64,000 nucleotides of DNA. It comes from Mobula hypostoma. Its lineage: Eukaryota. The notes under the pieces were generated by a model, which had not been told where the DNA came from, did no database searches, and saw only the letters and a program-made list of their open reading frames with translations. Shown piece by piece: positions 1 through 13,289 of the stretch (its first letter is position 1; each line of letters starts with the position of its first letter). A program made the translations under genes and the position numbers. Location of the stretch: contig NC_086101.1 in the NCBI RefSeq assembly GCF_963921235.1, forward strand, positions 6,512,001 to 6,576,000, given 5' to 3'.

Positions 1-134
1 TGTACCACGAGCTGTGTTCTGTGTGTGAGACCGTTTCTCTAAGAAACTTCCATCTGGGGCGCACTGATGTAGTTCGATCCTCGTCTACGGATTGCTTGGA
101 GTTTGTGGAAAGAATGGATGATCCCGGACAAGAG
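1..134 (+). CDS. Carnitine O-acetyltransferase (CRAT)-like gene, internal exon (5' edge just outside the window)
   Basis: Frame from nt 3 reads YHELCSVCETVSLRNFHLGRTDVVRSSSTDCLEFVERMDDPGQE, colinear with human CRAT YGQACATYESASLRMFHLGRTDTIRSASMDSLTFVKAMDDSSVT. GT donor (gtaatt) at 135, phase 0. Paralog versus ortholog is unresolved, so no symbol is given. Confidence 0.9.
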
Positions 135-1174
135 GTAATTAGGCTGTTTCACCACCCAGTGTCACTGAGTTTTTCAACAGGAACAATCCCTTGGACTGAC
201 AGTGGAACAGTGGAGCTCGGTACAGTCCCTGTGACCCACAGTGACTGAGTTATACTGTTTTTCCCCCTTTGGACCACAAGAGGACGTATCCTTATCACGG
301 TTTACAAAATCATGAGGACTGTGGGTAGGGTGACTGAACATGGTGTTGTATTTCTTCCATTGCTGGGAAATCAAGAACTAGAGGCAAAGGTTTAAGGTGG
401 GAGGGACTAGCTTGAATAGGAACTTAGGTAGATCATAGAACAATACTGCACAGGACTGGCCCTTCAGCCCACAATGTCGTGCCAACCTTTTAACCTAGTC
501 CAAGGTCAATCTAACTCTTCTCTCCTACATAACCCTCCATTTTTTTTTCTTTCATCCATTGTCCTGTTTCTTAAATGCCCCTAATGTATCTGCCTCTACC
601 AGCACCCCAAGCAGCTCCCACTACTCTCTGTGTATAAAAAAAACAACCTCTAACATCCCCCCTCCATATGTTCCACCAAACACATAAAGTTATACCCCTT
701 GTGTTAGCCATTCCTTAACAATAATTGAAATTTAACAACTATCGTCTGTAAAATAAGATAATTGATATTAAAATGCCACTGAATGAGGCTGCAACTCTGC
801 AGAGAGTAAATCAGAATCAGGTTTATTATCACTGGTGTGAAATTTGCTGCAGTACAGTGTAAGGCAAAAAATTACTGTAAGTTACGATGAATGTGTGAAA
901 GAGTGAGGTTGTGTACATGGGTTCATAGAAATCTGATAGTGGAGGGGAAGAAGCTGCTCCTGAAATGTTGAGTGTGGGTCTTCAGGCTCCTGTACCTCCT
1001 CCCTGATGGTAGCAATGAGAAGAGGGCATGTCCTGGGTGGTGACCATTCGTAAAGAATGATGGATGCCACCTTCTTCAGTCACCTGAAATATGTAGATTT
1101 AATGTATTAATCACATGTACGTCGAAACATACAGTGAAATGTATCCCCCATCTGACACCTTACCCATTCCTTCT

Positions 1175-1212
1175 CAGTCCTGATGAAGGGCCTTGGCCCG
1201 AAACATCGACTG
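1175..1212 (+). ncRNA. Penelope-associated minimal type I hammerhead motif
   Basis: CAGTC-CTGATGA-A-GGGCC-TT-GGCCC-GAAAC-ATC-GACTG: stem I CAGTC/GACTG, CUGAUGA core, stem II, GAAA, NUH triplet AUC (CpG-decayed GUC). Confidence 0.7.
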
Positions 1213-2189
1213 TTTACTCATTTCCACACAGATGCTGCCTGGTCCAAACAGAGGATGTGCTGGGGGGGGGGGGGGGGCAGGTTCACAAGAGTCACCACAC
1301 ATTCCAGTGTCTATGTACCATTCCCACAACGCTCAGCAGAACAACGCAAGCAACAACAACAGACAAATAGGCCCCTTTCCTTTCTATCTCTCTCTCTCTC
1401 TCTATCCCTCTCCCTGCCTCTCCACACCTCTCCCTCACAAATACACACAGTTCCAGAAGGATCCAACTCCGGGCCGTCAGTCTTCAGTGGACTTGCTGAC
1501 ATCAGGCTTCCATGTACTGGACGTGCCTCGTAAAAAGGGACTTGATGTCCGAACTTGCTGACTTTGTTCTTCAACCTTATGGCTTCACTCTTCAGTTTGA
1601 CTCCAGGGCTCGCCAACAATGGAACCCTGAACTCCAGGCCTCGAGCTCTGGACTGACATAGACCTTCAACCCCTGGACTTGCCAACCTGGGGGCCACTGT
1701 ATTGCTGTTGTCCAGGTTATAGCTCTTCTGCAGAGTTGCAATAACTGAGTTTCGAGCAGGTCTTCTACTTTTTCGTTTTTTTTGTGTGCAATATTGCATT
1801 CTACTGAACCAGTGGGATAACTTCACTCACCCCATCCCTGAACTCAGTTCCCAACCTATGGACTCCCTTTCAAGGACTCTTCATCTCATGTTCTCGATAT
1901 TTATTGCTTATTTATTTTTTCTCTTTGTATTTGCCCAGCTTGTTGTTCTTTGCACATTGGTTGCTTGTCTGTTCTGTTGGGTGTGGTCTTTCTTTGATTC
2001 TATTATGGTTCTTGGATTTACTGAGTATGCCCACAAGAAAATGAACATCCGTTGACTTATCACAAACAAGAGAAAATCTGTAGACGTTGGAAATGCCGTG
2101 ATGAAGGGTCTTGGCCCAAAGCGTCAACTGTTTACTTATTTCCATAGATGCTACCTGGCCTACTGAGCCCCTCCGGCATTTTGTGTGTG

Positions 2190-5100
2190 TTGATCAGGGC
2201 ATCAGACTAGAAGAATGAGAGGAGATCTTATAGAAACATATAAAATTATGAAAGGGATAGGTAAGATAGAGACAGTAAAGTTGTTTCCACTGGTAGGTGA
2301 GACTAGAATTAGGGGACATAGCCTCAAGATTCAGGGGAGTAGATTTAGGACGATGAGGAGGAACTGCTTTTCCCAGAGAGTGGTTAATCTGTGGAATTCT
2401 CTGCCCAATGAAGCAGTGGAGGCTACTCCAGTAAATATATGTAAGACGAGGTTGGATAGATTTTTGCATAGTAGAGGAATTGAGGGTTAAGGGGAAAAGG
2501 GAGGTTGGTGGAGATGAGTTCATGGTCAGATCAGCCACAATCTTATTGAATGGCAGGGCCAGATATCCCACTCCTGCTCCTATTTCTTATGTTCTAAGTG
2601 CTAGACAAACTCAAAAATTTAAGCTGGATAAGTCACCAGGACCAGATGGACATCATCCCAGAGTCCTGAGAGAGTTTGTTGAAGAGATAACGGATGCATT
2701 GGTCATGATCTTACAAGAATCATTTGATTCTGGCATGGTTCCAGAGGACTGGAAGATTACAAGTGTCACTCCACTCTTTAAGAAGGGAGGTAGGCAAGAG
2801 AAAGGAATTTATAGGCCAATTAGCCTAACCTCAGTGGTTGGGAAAGTGTTGGAGTTTATTGTTAAGGATGAGGTTTTGGGATATTTGGAAACTAATGATA
2901 AAATAAGTCAAAGTCAGCATGGTTTCTGTAAAGGGAAATATTGCCTGAGTTCTTTGAGGAAGTAACAAGTAAGGTGGAAAAAGTAGAGGTAGTGGATGTC
3001 ATTTACTTGGATTTTCAGAAGGCCTTTGATAAGGTGTCACAAATGAGGCTGCTCAACAAGTTAAAATACGATGGTGTTACAGGAAGGGTAGGGGAATGGC
3101 TGACAGGCAGGAGGCAGTGAGTGAGAATAAAGGGGGCCTTTTCTGGTTGGCTGCCAGTGACTAGTGGTGTTCCTCAGGGGTCAGTATTGGGACCATTACT
3201 TTTCCCAATGTTTGTTAATCATTTGGATAATGGAATTGTGGCAAGGTTTGTGAATGATATGAAGATAGGTGGAGGGGTAGGCAGTGTTGAGGAAGCAATG
3301 AGATTTCAGCAGGACTTTGACAAATTGAAAGAACGTGCAAAAAAGTGGCAGATGCAACTATGATGTTGTGGCCATTACAGAGACTTGGATGTCTTTGGGA
3401 CAGCAATGGCTGCTGAGTGTGCTGGGCTTTAGATGTATTGAAAAGGACAGGGAGGGAGGCAAAAGAGGTGGGGGAGTGGCATTGCTAATGAGGGATAGTA
3501 CCACAGCTGCAGAGAAGGAGGAAGTCCAGGGATTGTTTTCTGAGTCATTGTGGGTGGAAGTTAGTAACAGGAAGGGGGAAAATAACTCTATTGGGTGTTT
3601 TTTTTATAAATCCCCCAATAGTAATAGGGACATTGAGGAGCAGATAGGGAGGCAGATTCTGGAATGGTGCAATAATTGCAACGAGACCTGGGTGTCATTG
3701 TACACCAGTCATTGAAAGTGGGCATGCAGGTACAGCAGGCGGTGAAAAAGGCGAATGGTATGCTGGCATTCATAGCAAGAGGATTCGAGTACAGGAGCAG
3801 GGAGGTGCTACTGCAGTTGTACAAGGCCTTGGTGAGACCACACCTGGAGTATTGTGTGCAGTTTTGGTCCCCTAATCTGAGGAAAGACATTCTTGCCATA
3901 GAGGGGGTACAAAGAAGGTTCACCAGATTGATTCCTGGGATGGCAGGACTTTCATATGATGAAAGATTGGATCGACTGGGCTTATACTCTCTGGAATTTA
4001 GAAGATTGAGGGGGGATCTGATTGAAATGTATAAAATTCTAAACGGATTGGACAGGCTAGATGCAGGAAGATTGTTCCCAATGTTGGGGAAGTCCAGAAC
4101 GAGGGGTCACAGTTTGAGGATAAAGGGGAAGCCTTTTAGGACCGAGATGAGGAAAAACTTCTTCACGCAGAGAGTGGTGAATCTGTGGAATTCTCTGCCA
4201 CAGGAAACAGTTGAGGCCAGTTCATTGGCTATATTTAAGAGGGAGTTAGATAAGGTGCTTGTGGCTGAAGGGATCAGGGGGTATGGAGAGAAGGCAGGTA
4301 TAGGGTTCTGAGTTGGATGATCAGCCATGATCGTAATGAATGGCAGTGCAGGCTCGAAGGGCCAAAAGGCCTACTCCTGCACCTATTTTCTATATTTCTA
4401 TGTTTCTAATAATAATAGGGTTGTTGTGATGGGTGATTTAACTTCTCCAATATTGACTGACATCTCCCTAGAGCAGTGGGTTTAGATGGGGTGGAGTTTG
4501 TTAGGTGTGCAGATAAACCAACTAGAGCAGAGGCTGGACTTGATCTGACATTGGGAATTGAACTGGTCAGGAGTCCGATCTCTCAGTGGGAGAGCATTTT
4601 GGAGGTAGTGATCACAACTCTGTCTCCTTTTCTGGAAATACTGGAAAGGGATAGGAGCAGACAATTTGGGAAAACATTTATTTGGGGTAGGGGGAAATAT
4701 GATGCTATTAGGCAGGAACTTGGGAACATAAATTAAGTGCAGATGTTCACAGGGAAATGTGGCAAATTCTCAGGGAGTATTTGCATGGCATTCTGCATAG
4801 GTATGTTCCATTGAGGCAGGGTAAGGATGGTTGGGTAAAATAACCATGGATGTAGAAAATCTAGTTAAGAAGAAAAGAAAAGCTTATGAAAAGTTTGAGG
4901 AACTAGGTTCTGCTAAGAACACTAGAAAATTACAAGGTGCCAGGAAGGAGCTCAAAAATTAAATTAGGAGAGCTGGAAGGGCCTATGAGAAAGCTTGGTG
5001 AGCAGGATTAAGGAAAACCCCAAGGCATTCTACAAGTACATGAAGAGCCATGTGAGAATTGGACCAATCAGGAACAATAGTGGAAATGTGTGCATGGAGT

Positions 5101-5870
5101 CCGAGGAGCTAGCAGAGGTACTTAATGATTACTTTGCTTCAGTATTCACCACTGCAGAGGACCTTGGCAGTTATGGGGGTGACGTACAGTGGACTGAATT
5201 GCTCGAGTGTATAGACATTAAGAAAGAGAATATGCTGGAGCTTTTGAAAGGTATTAAGTTAGATAAGTCGCCAGGACTGGATGAGATGTACCTCAGGCTA
5301 TGGTGGGAAGAAAGAAAGGAAATTGCTGAGCCTTTGGTGATGATCTTTGCATCATCAATAGCGACGGAAGAAGTACCAGAGGGTTTGTCATTGGAGAGCA
5401 TCCAGAGGAGGTTCTTGAGGATGATGCTGGGAATGAAGGGGTTAACAAATGAGCGTTTGGCAGCTTTGGGCCTGTACTCACTGGAATTTAGAAGAGTGCA
5501 GAGGGGATCTCAGTGCAATCTACCGAATGTTGGAAGGACCAGATAGGGTGGATGTGGAGAGGATGTTTCCCATGGAGAGGGTATCCAGAACTGGAGGGCA
5601 CAGCCACAAAATTGAGGGGCTACCTTTTTGAACAGAGGTAAGGAGGATTTTTTTAGCCATAGAATAGTGAATCTGGAATGTGGTGACACAGGGACTGTGG
5701 TGGAGTCTATCAGAGAAGTTGTTAGTTTCCAGATCAGTCAGGGCTGATATGGCGATGGCGAGAAGGCAGGTGTGTGGGGTTGACTGGGATCCAGGATCAG
5801 AGATGATGAAATGGTGGAGCAGACTCAATGGGTTGAATGGCCTAATTCTGCTCCTATGTTTTATGGCCTT
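2190..5870 (+). mobile_element. Mosaic of decayed CR1 LINE fragments (RT, EN, 3' ends)
   Basis: ORF fragments with KSPGPDG, QSQHGF, GVPQGSVLGP, ITETW/GGGVAL and RGDLIETYK motifs, broken by stops and frameshifts; boundaries approximate. Confidence 0.85.
3677..4407 (+). mobile_element. Young 5'-truncated CR1 copy nested in an older CR1 EN region
   Basis: 211-aa open C-terminal ORF2 nearly identical to the element at 31461-34743; (TTTCTATG)-type tail; aataat duplicated at 3671-3676 and 4408-4413; host reading (ILEWCNN...RVVVMGD) resumes after it. Confidence 0.85.
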
Positions 5871-6184
5871 AGTCCAGCATTTTGTGTGCGTTAATCTGGA
5901 TTTCCAGCATCTGCAGAATCTCTTCTGTCCGTGACTCTACCACAGGCATCTCTGCTGACCTCTGCCATCTGGTGGTCAGATGTGGGAAAGGAAGGGGGAA
6001 GAAGCCAGAATAAGAAGGTGGGGACAGAGGAGGGAGCATGCCCTTCTTCCAGGATAACATTTGGTCATCACATTAGTGTGATGCTGTTACAGATTGAGTT
6101 TTAACCTGCTAACTGCTACATCCTCAGACTTAGGAGGAAAATGGAGGACCCAGAGAAAGCCCACGCATTCCAGGTGAGCACTTG

Positions 6185-8335
6185 TGGAGATAACACACTT
6201 GACCACTACTACGTTCCCTTCCGCAAAACTTACAAGGCTCTCTTCGACCAGTTTTTGGAAAATCAGATCACTCTTTGATGCTGTTTTTGCCGACGTACAG
6301 GCAGTAGCTGAAACAAGAGGCGTCCATAGTTAAAACCGTCCACCATTGGTCCGACGAATTGGCCTCCATGCTGCAGGACTGCTTCGATGGCATCGACTGG
6401 AATGTCTTCCATGATGAGGATGTCTCCAAGTTCACTGATGGAGTCACGTGCTTCATCTGGAAGTGCATTGACGATGTTGTCCCCCGGGAGTTGGTCAGGG
6501 TCCTCCTGAACCAGAAACCCTGGGTTCTGTGCGAGCGGCATTTACAGCCCGACATCGAGCTTACATCACTGGCGATCAGCTCGAGCTCAAGAAAAGCAGC
6601 TATGATCTGCGCAAATCTATCAAGGCTGTGAAGCAATAATATGAGGAGAATATTGAGTCAAGATTCACAATGAATAGCACACGTGACTTGTGGCGAGGGC
6701 TGTATACCATCGCAGACTTCAAAGCCAAACACTGTGGTGCCGCCAACATCGCGGCCTCTCTCCCAGATGAGCTCAATCGCTTTCACGCTCGGTTCGATGT
6801 CACTAACTCTGAGCCTCCGAGGAAAGCCACCGCTACAACCTGCAACCTGGTCATCTCTGAGGCTGAGGTACGCAGATGTTTCCAACGAGTGGACAGTCAC
6901 AAGGCTGCGGGACCGGACGGCGTCCCAGGGTGAGTACTCGGGATGTGCACAGCACAACTGGCAGGCGTGTTTACAGACATTTTTAATCTCTCCCTCTCCC
7001 AGTGCAGAGTGCCCTTCTACTTCAAATTATCCACCATTGTCCCTGTACCAAGAAAGACCAAGGTAACATGCCTGAACGATTGGTGTCCTGTTGCACTCAC
7101 CTCAGTAATAAGCAAATGCTTTGAGAGGCTGGTCAAGGATTACATCTGCAGCTTGCTACCACCCACACTGGACCCCCTACAATTCGCCCACCGACACAAC
7201 CGATCGACAGATGATGCAATAGCCACAGCTCTACACACCGTCCTTTCACATCTGGAGAAGAAGGATGCTTATGTGAGAATGCTGTTCTTGGACTACAGTT
7301 CAGCATTCCACACCATAGTTCCATCCAGGCTCGACAAGAAGTTTACAGACCTCAGCTTTGACCCTGCTTTGTGCAGCTGGATCCTGGACTTCCTGTCAGA
7401 TCGCCAGCAGATTGTAAGAGTGGGCTCCCTGATCTCCAACAGGAAGGCTGTGTACTGAGTCCCCTCCTTTACTCCCTGTATACCCATGACTGTATCACCT
7501 CCCACAGCTCCAATCTGCTAATTAAATTGGCTGACAACACTACATTGATTGCCCTTATGTGAAACAATAACGAGGTGGCCTACAGGGAAGAAGTCATCTC
7601 TCTGACACAGTGGTGTCAAGAAAACAACCTCTCCCTCAATGTCGCAAAAACAAAGGAGCTAGTTGTGGACCACAGGAGGAATGAAGACAGGCTAACCCCT
7701 ACTGACATCAATGGATCTGGGGTTGAGAGGGTAAACAGCTTCAAGTTCCTCAGCATCCACATCACCGAGGACCTCACGTGGTCTGTACACACCAGCTGTA
7801 TGGTGAAAAAGGCACAACAGCACCTCTTTCACCTCAGATGGTTGAGGAAGTTTGATATGGGCCCCCAAATCCTCAGAACTTTCTACAGGGGCACAATTGA
7901 GAGCATCCTGACTGGCTGCATCACTGCCTGGTATGGGAACTGTACCTCCCTTAATCACAGGACTCTGCAGACAGCCCAGTGCATTTGTAGTTGTGAACTT
8001 CCCATGATTCAGGACATTTACAAGGACAGGTGTGTAAAAATGATCACTGGGTACCCAAGCCATCCCAACCACAGTCTATTCCAGCTGCTGCCATCTGGGA
8101 AACGGTACCGCAGCATAAAAGCCAGAACCAGCACGCTCCGGGACAGCTTCTTCCACCAGCCACCCCCAGACTGATGAACTCACACTGATCTGAGTGTACT
8201 CTATATTATATTAACTGCTCTATTTATTATAAATTACTATGATTGCACATTGCACATATAGATGGAGACGTAACGTAAAGATATTTTACTCCTCATGTAT
8301 GTGAAGGATGTAAGAAATAAAGTCAATTCAATTCG
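6185..8335 (+). mobile_element. Rex1/Babar-clade LINE, decayed RT
   Basis: ORF pieces [63 protein letters not shown]; 3' aataaagtcaattcaattc tail; inserted within a minus-strand V-SINE. Confidence 0.85.
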
Positions 8336-9845
8336 ATACAGAGACTCCTTACAGGAATCGATCCCCGAACTCTACCCCGAGCTGTCATAGTGTTGTGCTA
8401 ACCGTTCCGCTACCGATGAGACCCAAGAGTGATTTTTGAAGAGAACTGAAGAGGTTGTGTACTCACCTGCAAGCAAAGCGCTGTGGTTGGCCAATTGTTG
8501 ATTTCAAACCTGAGGCTGATAGATTTCCGTTAACAAAATATGTTCATTATTGCAGGAAACGATGAGGCCTTTGGGACCAGTCATGATCCCAGTCAATAAT
8601 GGTGCAGCTAGAGGAACTGAGTACTCCTCCTGTTTCTACGTTTGAAAGCGCCTCGCTGTATTTACTCTCACAAATTAAATAGACACCACCTGGTCGATGA
8701 AAGCAACTTGATTATTCCTTTCTGGTTGCACTTTGTTTATTTTGTAGTTTATCGTAATGTTTAATTCTTTGCACATGTACACAAACTGCTGCAAGTCGGT
8801 AGGGTGGTTTCCGAAGTCCTCACGAGAAAATTGAATGAGGGAAAATCAATTAAATTATATCTAATGGGATAGAAATTCTATTGTATCATGTAATATGTTT
8901 AGTAACTGTGTTTTAAATCAGACGTATCAATGGGTGATAATACTCAGTGGTAATGTGAACAGAAACCACACTCAATTAGCATAAAAGAGCCAAACTGCAC
9001 AACTCTAATCTCTCCCTCAGTGTAGCAACATGGTGACCTCTTTGCACCACAATGGACTTCCTTTTCTTTTCCTCTTGTTGTATTCTCCTACAATATGATA
9101 TAACTTGTATTTAATTCATGTTATTTCCTGCGAATGTTTTGTCTCTGACATCTTGTGCCTATGATAACTGCTACAAGTAAGTTTTTCATTGGGGCTGTGG
9201 CTACATGTACTCGTGCACATGACGGTAAACTCGACCTTGACTTTAAGAAAGTGGTATGCAATTAGTATCAAATGAGGCAATGTCACAATTGGCATCCCTG
9301 TGAAACTCTGGTGGAAATATAAACTCAATCACTGTCTTATGTCACGTGAAATTTGCTTCAGAACACTGCAGGTCAGTACAGCCCCTTTGGCCATGATGCT
9401 GTGCTGACCTTTCAACCTACTTGAAGGTCAATCTAACCCTTCCCTCCTACATAGCCCTACGTTTTTTCATCACCCATGTACCTACCCAAGAGCGTCTTCA
9501 ATGTCCCTAATGGTTCTGCCTCTACTGCCAGCCTAGCATTACGTTCCATGCACCTCCCACTCTCTGTGCCCCCGACATCCCCCTTCCACACTTTTCCCCC
9601 AATCACCTTAAAATTATGCCCCCTCATATTAGACCATAGGACATTGGAGTAGAATTAGGCTATTTGGCCTATTGAGTCTTCTCTGCAGGTATTAGCCATT
9701 TCTACTTTGGGGAGAAAGGTCTCTGACTTACCACTCTATCTATGCCTCATCATCTTGTACATCTCCCTCAAATCACCTCACATCCTCCTTCACTCCAAAA
9801 AAAAAAGATGAGCCCCAGCTTGCTCAACCTACCCTCTAATAATCC

Positions 9846-10078
9846 AAACAAGAGAAAATCTGCAGCTGCTGGAAATCCAAGCAACACACACACACAGAGT
9901 GCTGGAGGAACTCAGCAGGACAGGCAGCATCTACGGAAAAGAGTAGTGGACATTTCGGGCTGAGACCCTTCTCCAGTCCTGATGAAGGGTCCTGGCCCGA
10001 GTCGTCGACTGTACTCTTTTCCAGAGAAGCTGCCTGGCCTGCTGAGTTCCTCCAGTATTCTGTGTGTGTGTTGCTATT
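9846..10078. repeat. Inverted-repeat (hairpin) Penelope-derived terminal segment with a damaged hammerhead
   Basis: Left arm ...gctggaggaactcagcagg...cgggctgagacccttc is the reverse complement of right arm gaagggtcctggcccg...ctgctgagttcctccag; CTGATGA core in the loop region, GAAA mutated to GAGT. Confidence 0.7.
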
Positions 10079-11049
10079 TAAACCAAGCAGCATTCTGGTA
10101 AATCTCCTCTTCCATATCCCTCCTATAATGAGGCAACCAGAACTGAACACAATCCTCCAAGTGTGGTCCAAACAGAGTTTTATAGAGTTGCAGCATTACC
10201 TCACTTAATACTTTACACGCACCGAGCCATCACCATCCTCGCAGGGAGAATTGACTTGGGAGAGAAAGGAACTTCAGACTCAAATATGTTTGGACTGGAG
10301 AGCAGGCGAGGACGGTTCTAATGCTCCATTCATGGTGAAGGTGAGAGATCAAGATTCGAGCTTGTTTAATGCCATTCTTCTGTACACAAATGTAAAGGAG
10401 AACAAAATGTTTGTTACTCCAGACCTGATGCAGTATAGAAAACACCATGAGCATAAAGAACATGAAAAAAACAATTCATAAGAATGCTTATGTACATAGA
10501 TTGAGTCAATTTAGATGAAGTGATGCTAGGCACAGGAGTGTGTACATAATGTGACTCTATGATGGGCAATGATAACGTAGTGGTGATGGGGGGAGTTTGG
10601 AGGAGTGGGTTAGTGAGTGGAGGTATTGATCAGCCTTACTGCTTGGGGAAAGTAACTGTTTTTGATGGTCCTGGCATGGATGCTACGTAGTCTCCTCCCT
10701 GGGGCAAACAGCCCATGAACAGGGTGGGTGGGATCCTTGGAACCTCTCTGTATTTACGGCGGTGCCAGGGATGTGTTGGGCCATTTTGGCTACCCGTTGC
10801 AGAGCCCTCCTGACTGCCGCAGCGAAGTTTCCGCACGCCACAGTGATGCACCTTGTTGGGATGCTCTTCACTGGGCACCAGTGTAATGACGTGACTATAG
10901 AGGTGCATAGTCCAGCTCTCTTCAGAAAGGTGGACTGATTTCACAAGTTTTACAATCGGGCATTAACGGATTGGACAAGTAACAGAACACCATTTTGCCC
11001 GAACGTACTGTGCCATGGTGATTAATATGGCTAACCTTTCTTCCCTCAG

Positions 11050-11112
11050 GCACACCAGAAGTTAGCAGCCCTGAGGAAGGCTATTGACTGCCATACTGCG
11101 TATACTGACATG
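11050..11112 (+). CDS. CRAT-like gene, 63-nt internal exon
   Basis: ccttttcttccctcag acceptor, gtaaga donor; AHQKLAALRKAIDCHTAYTDM matches human EHQKVELLRKAVQAHRGYTDR (21 aa, phase 0/0). Not present in the ORF track. Confidence 0.92.
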
Positions 11113-11416
11113 GTAAGACACCAGCAGGGTAAGCTGCTCCCAACCATTCAGTCTGGTTGTCCCTTTCTTGCTGCCGTTTGGTGACCAAGTTGCCTGTCTG
11201 CCCATCACTTCCCTCCAGTGCCTCTCCTCCTCTCTCCCATGGCCCACTGTCTCCTCCTATCAGATTCCTCCTTCTTCAGCCCTTTACCTCTTCCACCTAT
11301 CCCCTCCCAGCTTCTTACTTCATTTCCACGCATCCACCCACCTGCTCTTAAGTGCTACCTGCCGCACCCCTCCCACACCCCCACCTCCTTATTCTGCTTT
11401 CTTCCCCCTTCCTCTC

Positions 11417-11454
11417 CCGTCCTGATGAAGGGTCCCAGCTCGAAACGTCGACTG
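11417..11454 (+). ncRNA. Penelope-associated minimal hammerhead, intact core
   Basis: CCGTC-CTGATGA-AGGGTCCCAGCTC-GAAAC-GTC-GACTG; follows a pyrimidine-rich Penelope 3' tract (about 11160-11416). Confidence 0.72.
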
Positions 11455-13289
11455 TTCGTTCGCTTCCCTAGATGCAGCCTGACCTGCTGAGTTCCTCCAG
11501 CATTTTGTGCGTGTTGCTCTGTCTGTCCAGCAGGTGCAGACTGTATTTCAGATGCTTTTCCTATTGCTATTGGGTGTGTTGATTGAGCTTCAGAATCCGG
11601 TTTAAAATCACTGGCGTATGCTGTGAAATGTGTTGTTTTGCAGCATCAGTACAGTACAATACATTATAAATTACAATATGGTATATTTATATGCATAAAA
11701 TTAATTAAGTAGTGCAGAAAAAGAGCGAAAAAATGAAGAGAAAAAATAGTGAGGTTGCGTACATGGTTTCATTGTCCATTCAGAAAACTGATGACAGAGG
11801 GGAAGAAGCTGTTCTTAAAACGTTTGAGTATTTGTCTTCAAGCTGGTGTACCAATTTCTTGCTGCTAGTAATGAGAAGGGAGCGTGTCCTGGCTGATGGG
11901 GGATGTTAATGATGGATGCCATCTTGTCGAGGCATCACCTTTTGATGATGCTGGGGGTGGCAGTGCCCATGATGGATCTGGATGAGTTTACAACTTTCTG
12001 CAGCCTTTTCCAATCCTGTGCAGTGGCCCTTCCACACCAGGCAGTGATGCAACCAGTTAGAATGCTCTCCACGGTACATCTGTAGAAATTTGCCAGAGGC
12101 TTTAGTGACAGACCAAATCTTCTCAAACCCCAGATGAAATATAGCTGCTGTCATGCCTTCTTTATAATTGCATCAGTACGCTGGGCCCAGGAACTTGAAA
12201 CCGCTTACTCTTTCCATTGTTGATCCTTCGGTGAGGACTCGTGTGTGTTCCCTTGGCTTCCCTTTCCTGAAGTCCACAAAATATAGAAAGCTTAAATCTT
12301 TTTGTAACCACGATGTGTGGATAGTCAGAGGCTTTTTCCCGGGGCTGAAATGGTTGCCACAAGAGCACACAGGTTTAAGGTGCTGGGGAGTAGGTACAGA
12401 GGAGATGTCAGGGGTAAGCTTTCTTACACAGAGAGTGGTGAGTGTGTGGAATGGGCTGCCGGCAACGGTGGTGGAGGCGGATACGATAGCGTTTTTGAAG
12501 AGACTTTTGGATAGGTGCATGGAGCTTAGAAAAATAGAGGGTTATGGGTAAGCCTAGTAATAGTAGGGACATGTTCGGCACAACTTTGTGGGCCGAAGGG
12601 CCTGTATTGTGCTGTAGGTTTTCTATGTTTCAAATTGCTACCCTCTGTTGGTTGGGTTTGACTATAGATGTTGTAATCCAGCTTTCTATGTGATACACAA
12701 GCCAGGACAGTACGATTTGGAGAGCAAGCTGTTTCCCCTGCAGCAGGCACTGTAGGATGATCAGTGAACTTGATGCTGTGGTTTGAGCTGGTTCTGGCAG
12801 TGCAGTCATGAGCCAGCGGTGGGCTGAGTAGACACCCTGGGAGGCACCAGTGCTCAGCCTGATGGAGCTTGAGATGTTGCCAATTCAGACTGATTGGGGT
12901 CTTTCCATGAAGTCCAAGATCCATTTACAGAGAAAGGTGTTGAGTCCCATTGAGGACATCCTCTGAGAGATGGTCGTGTTAAACACCAAGGTGAAGTCAA
13001 TGAACAAAATTGGCATATGAGGAATCGCCTTCTAGGTGGGATGGGACAGGGTGGAGTAGAAGGCCAAGGCTATGACAACGTCAGTGGACCAGTTTGAGCA
13101 GTAGGGGAGCTGTAAATGGTGCAATGTAGCTGAAGTGTGGGATTTAAAGCAAACCATTACCATTCACTCAAAGTACTCATGAAGTCTTTTGGGGTCATCT
13201 ACTGTATCTGGTTGTCTTGATGATTGTTACGGGGTGACAATCCTTTAGGTCGATAGATAGGGCATGATTTTGATTCTGTTTGAGGTATG

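Noticed and set aside
135..248. Extension of ORF 21..248 past the CRAT homology
   Set aside because: Homology stops at the gtaatt donor at 135; the rest is intron read-through.
1134..1826. Cluster of overlapping 78-171 aa ORFs
   Set aside because: They span a hammerhead repeat, a G-run, a (CT)n tract and degenerate repeats; no splice context or domain.
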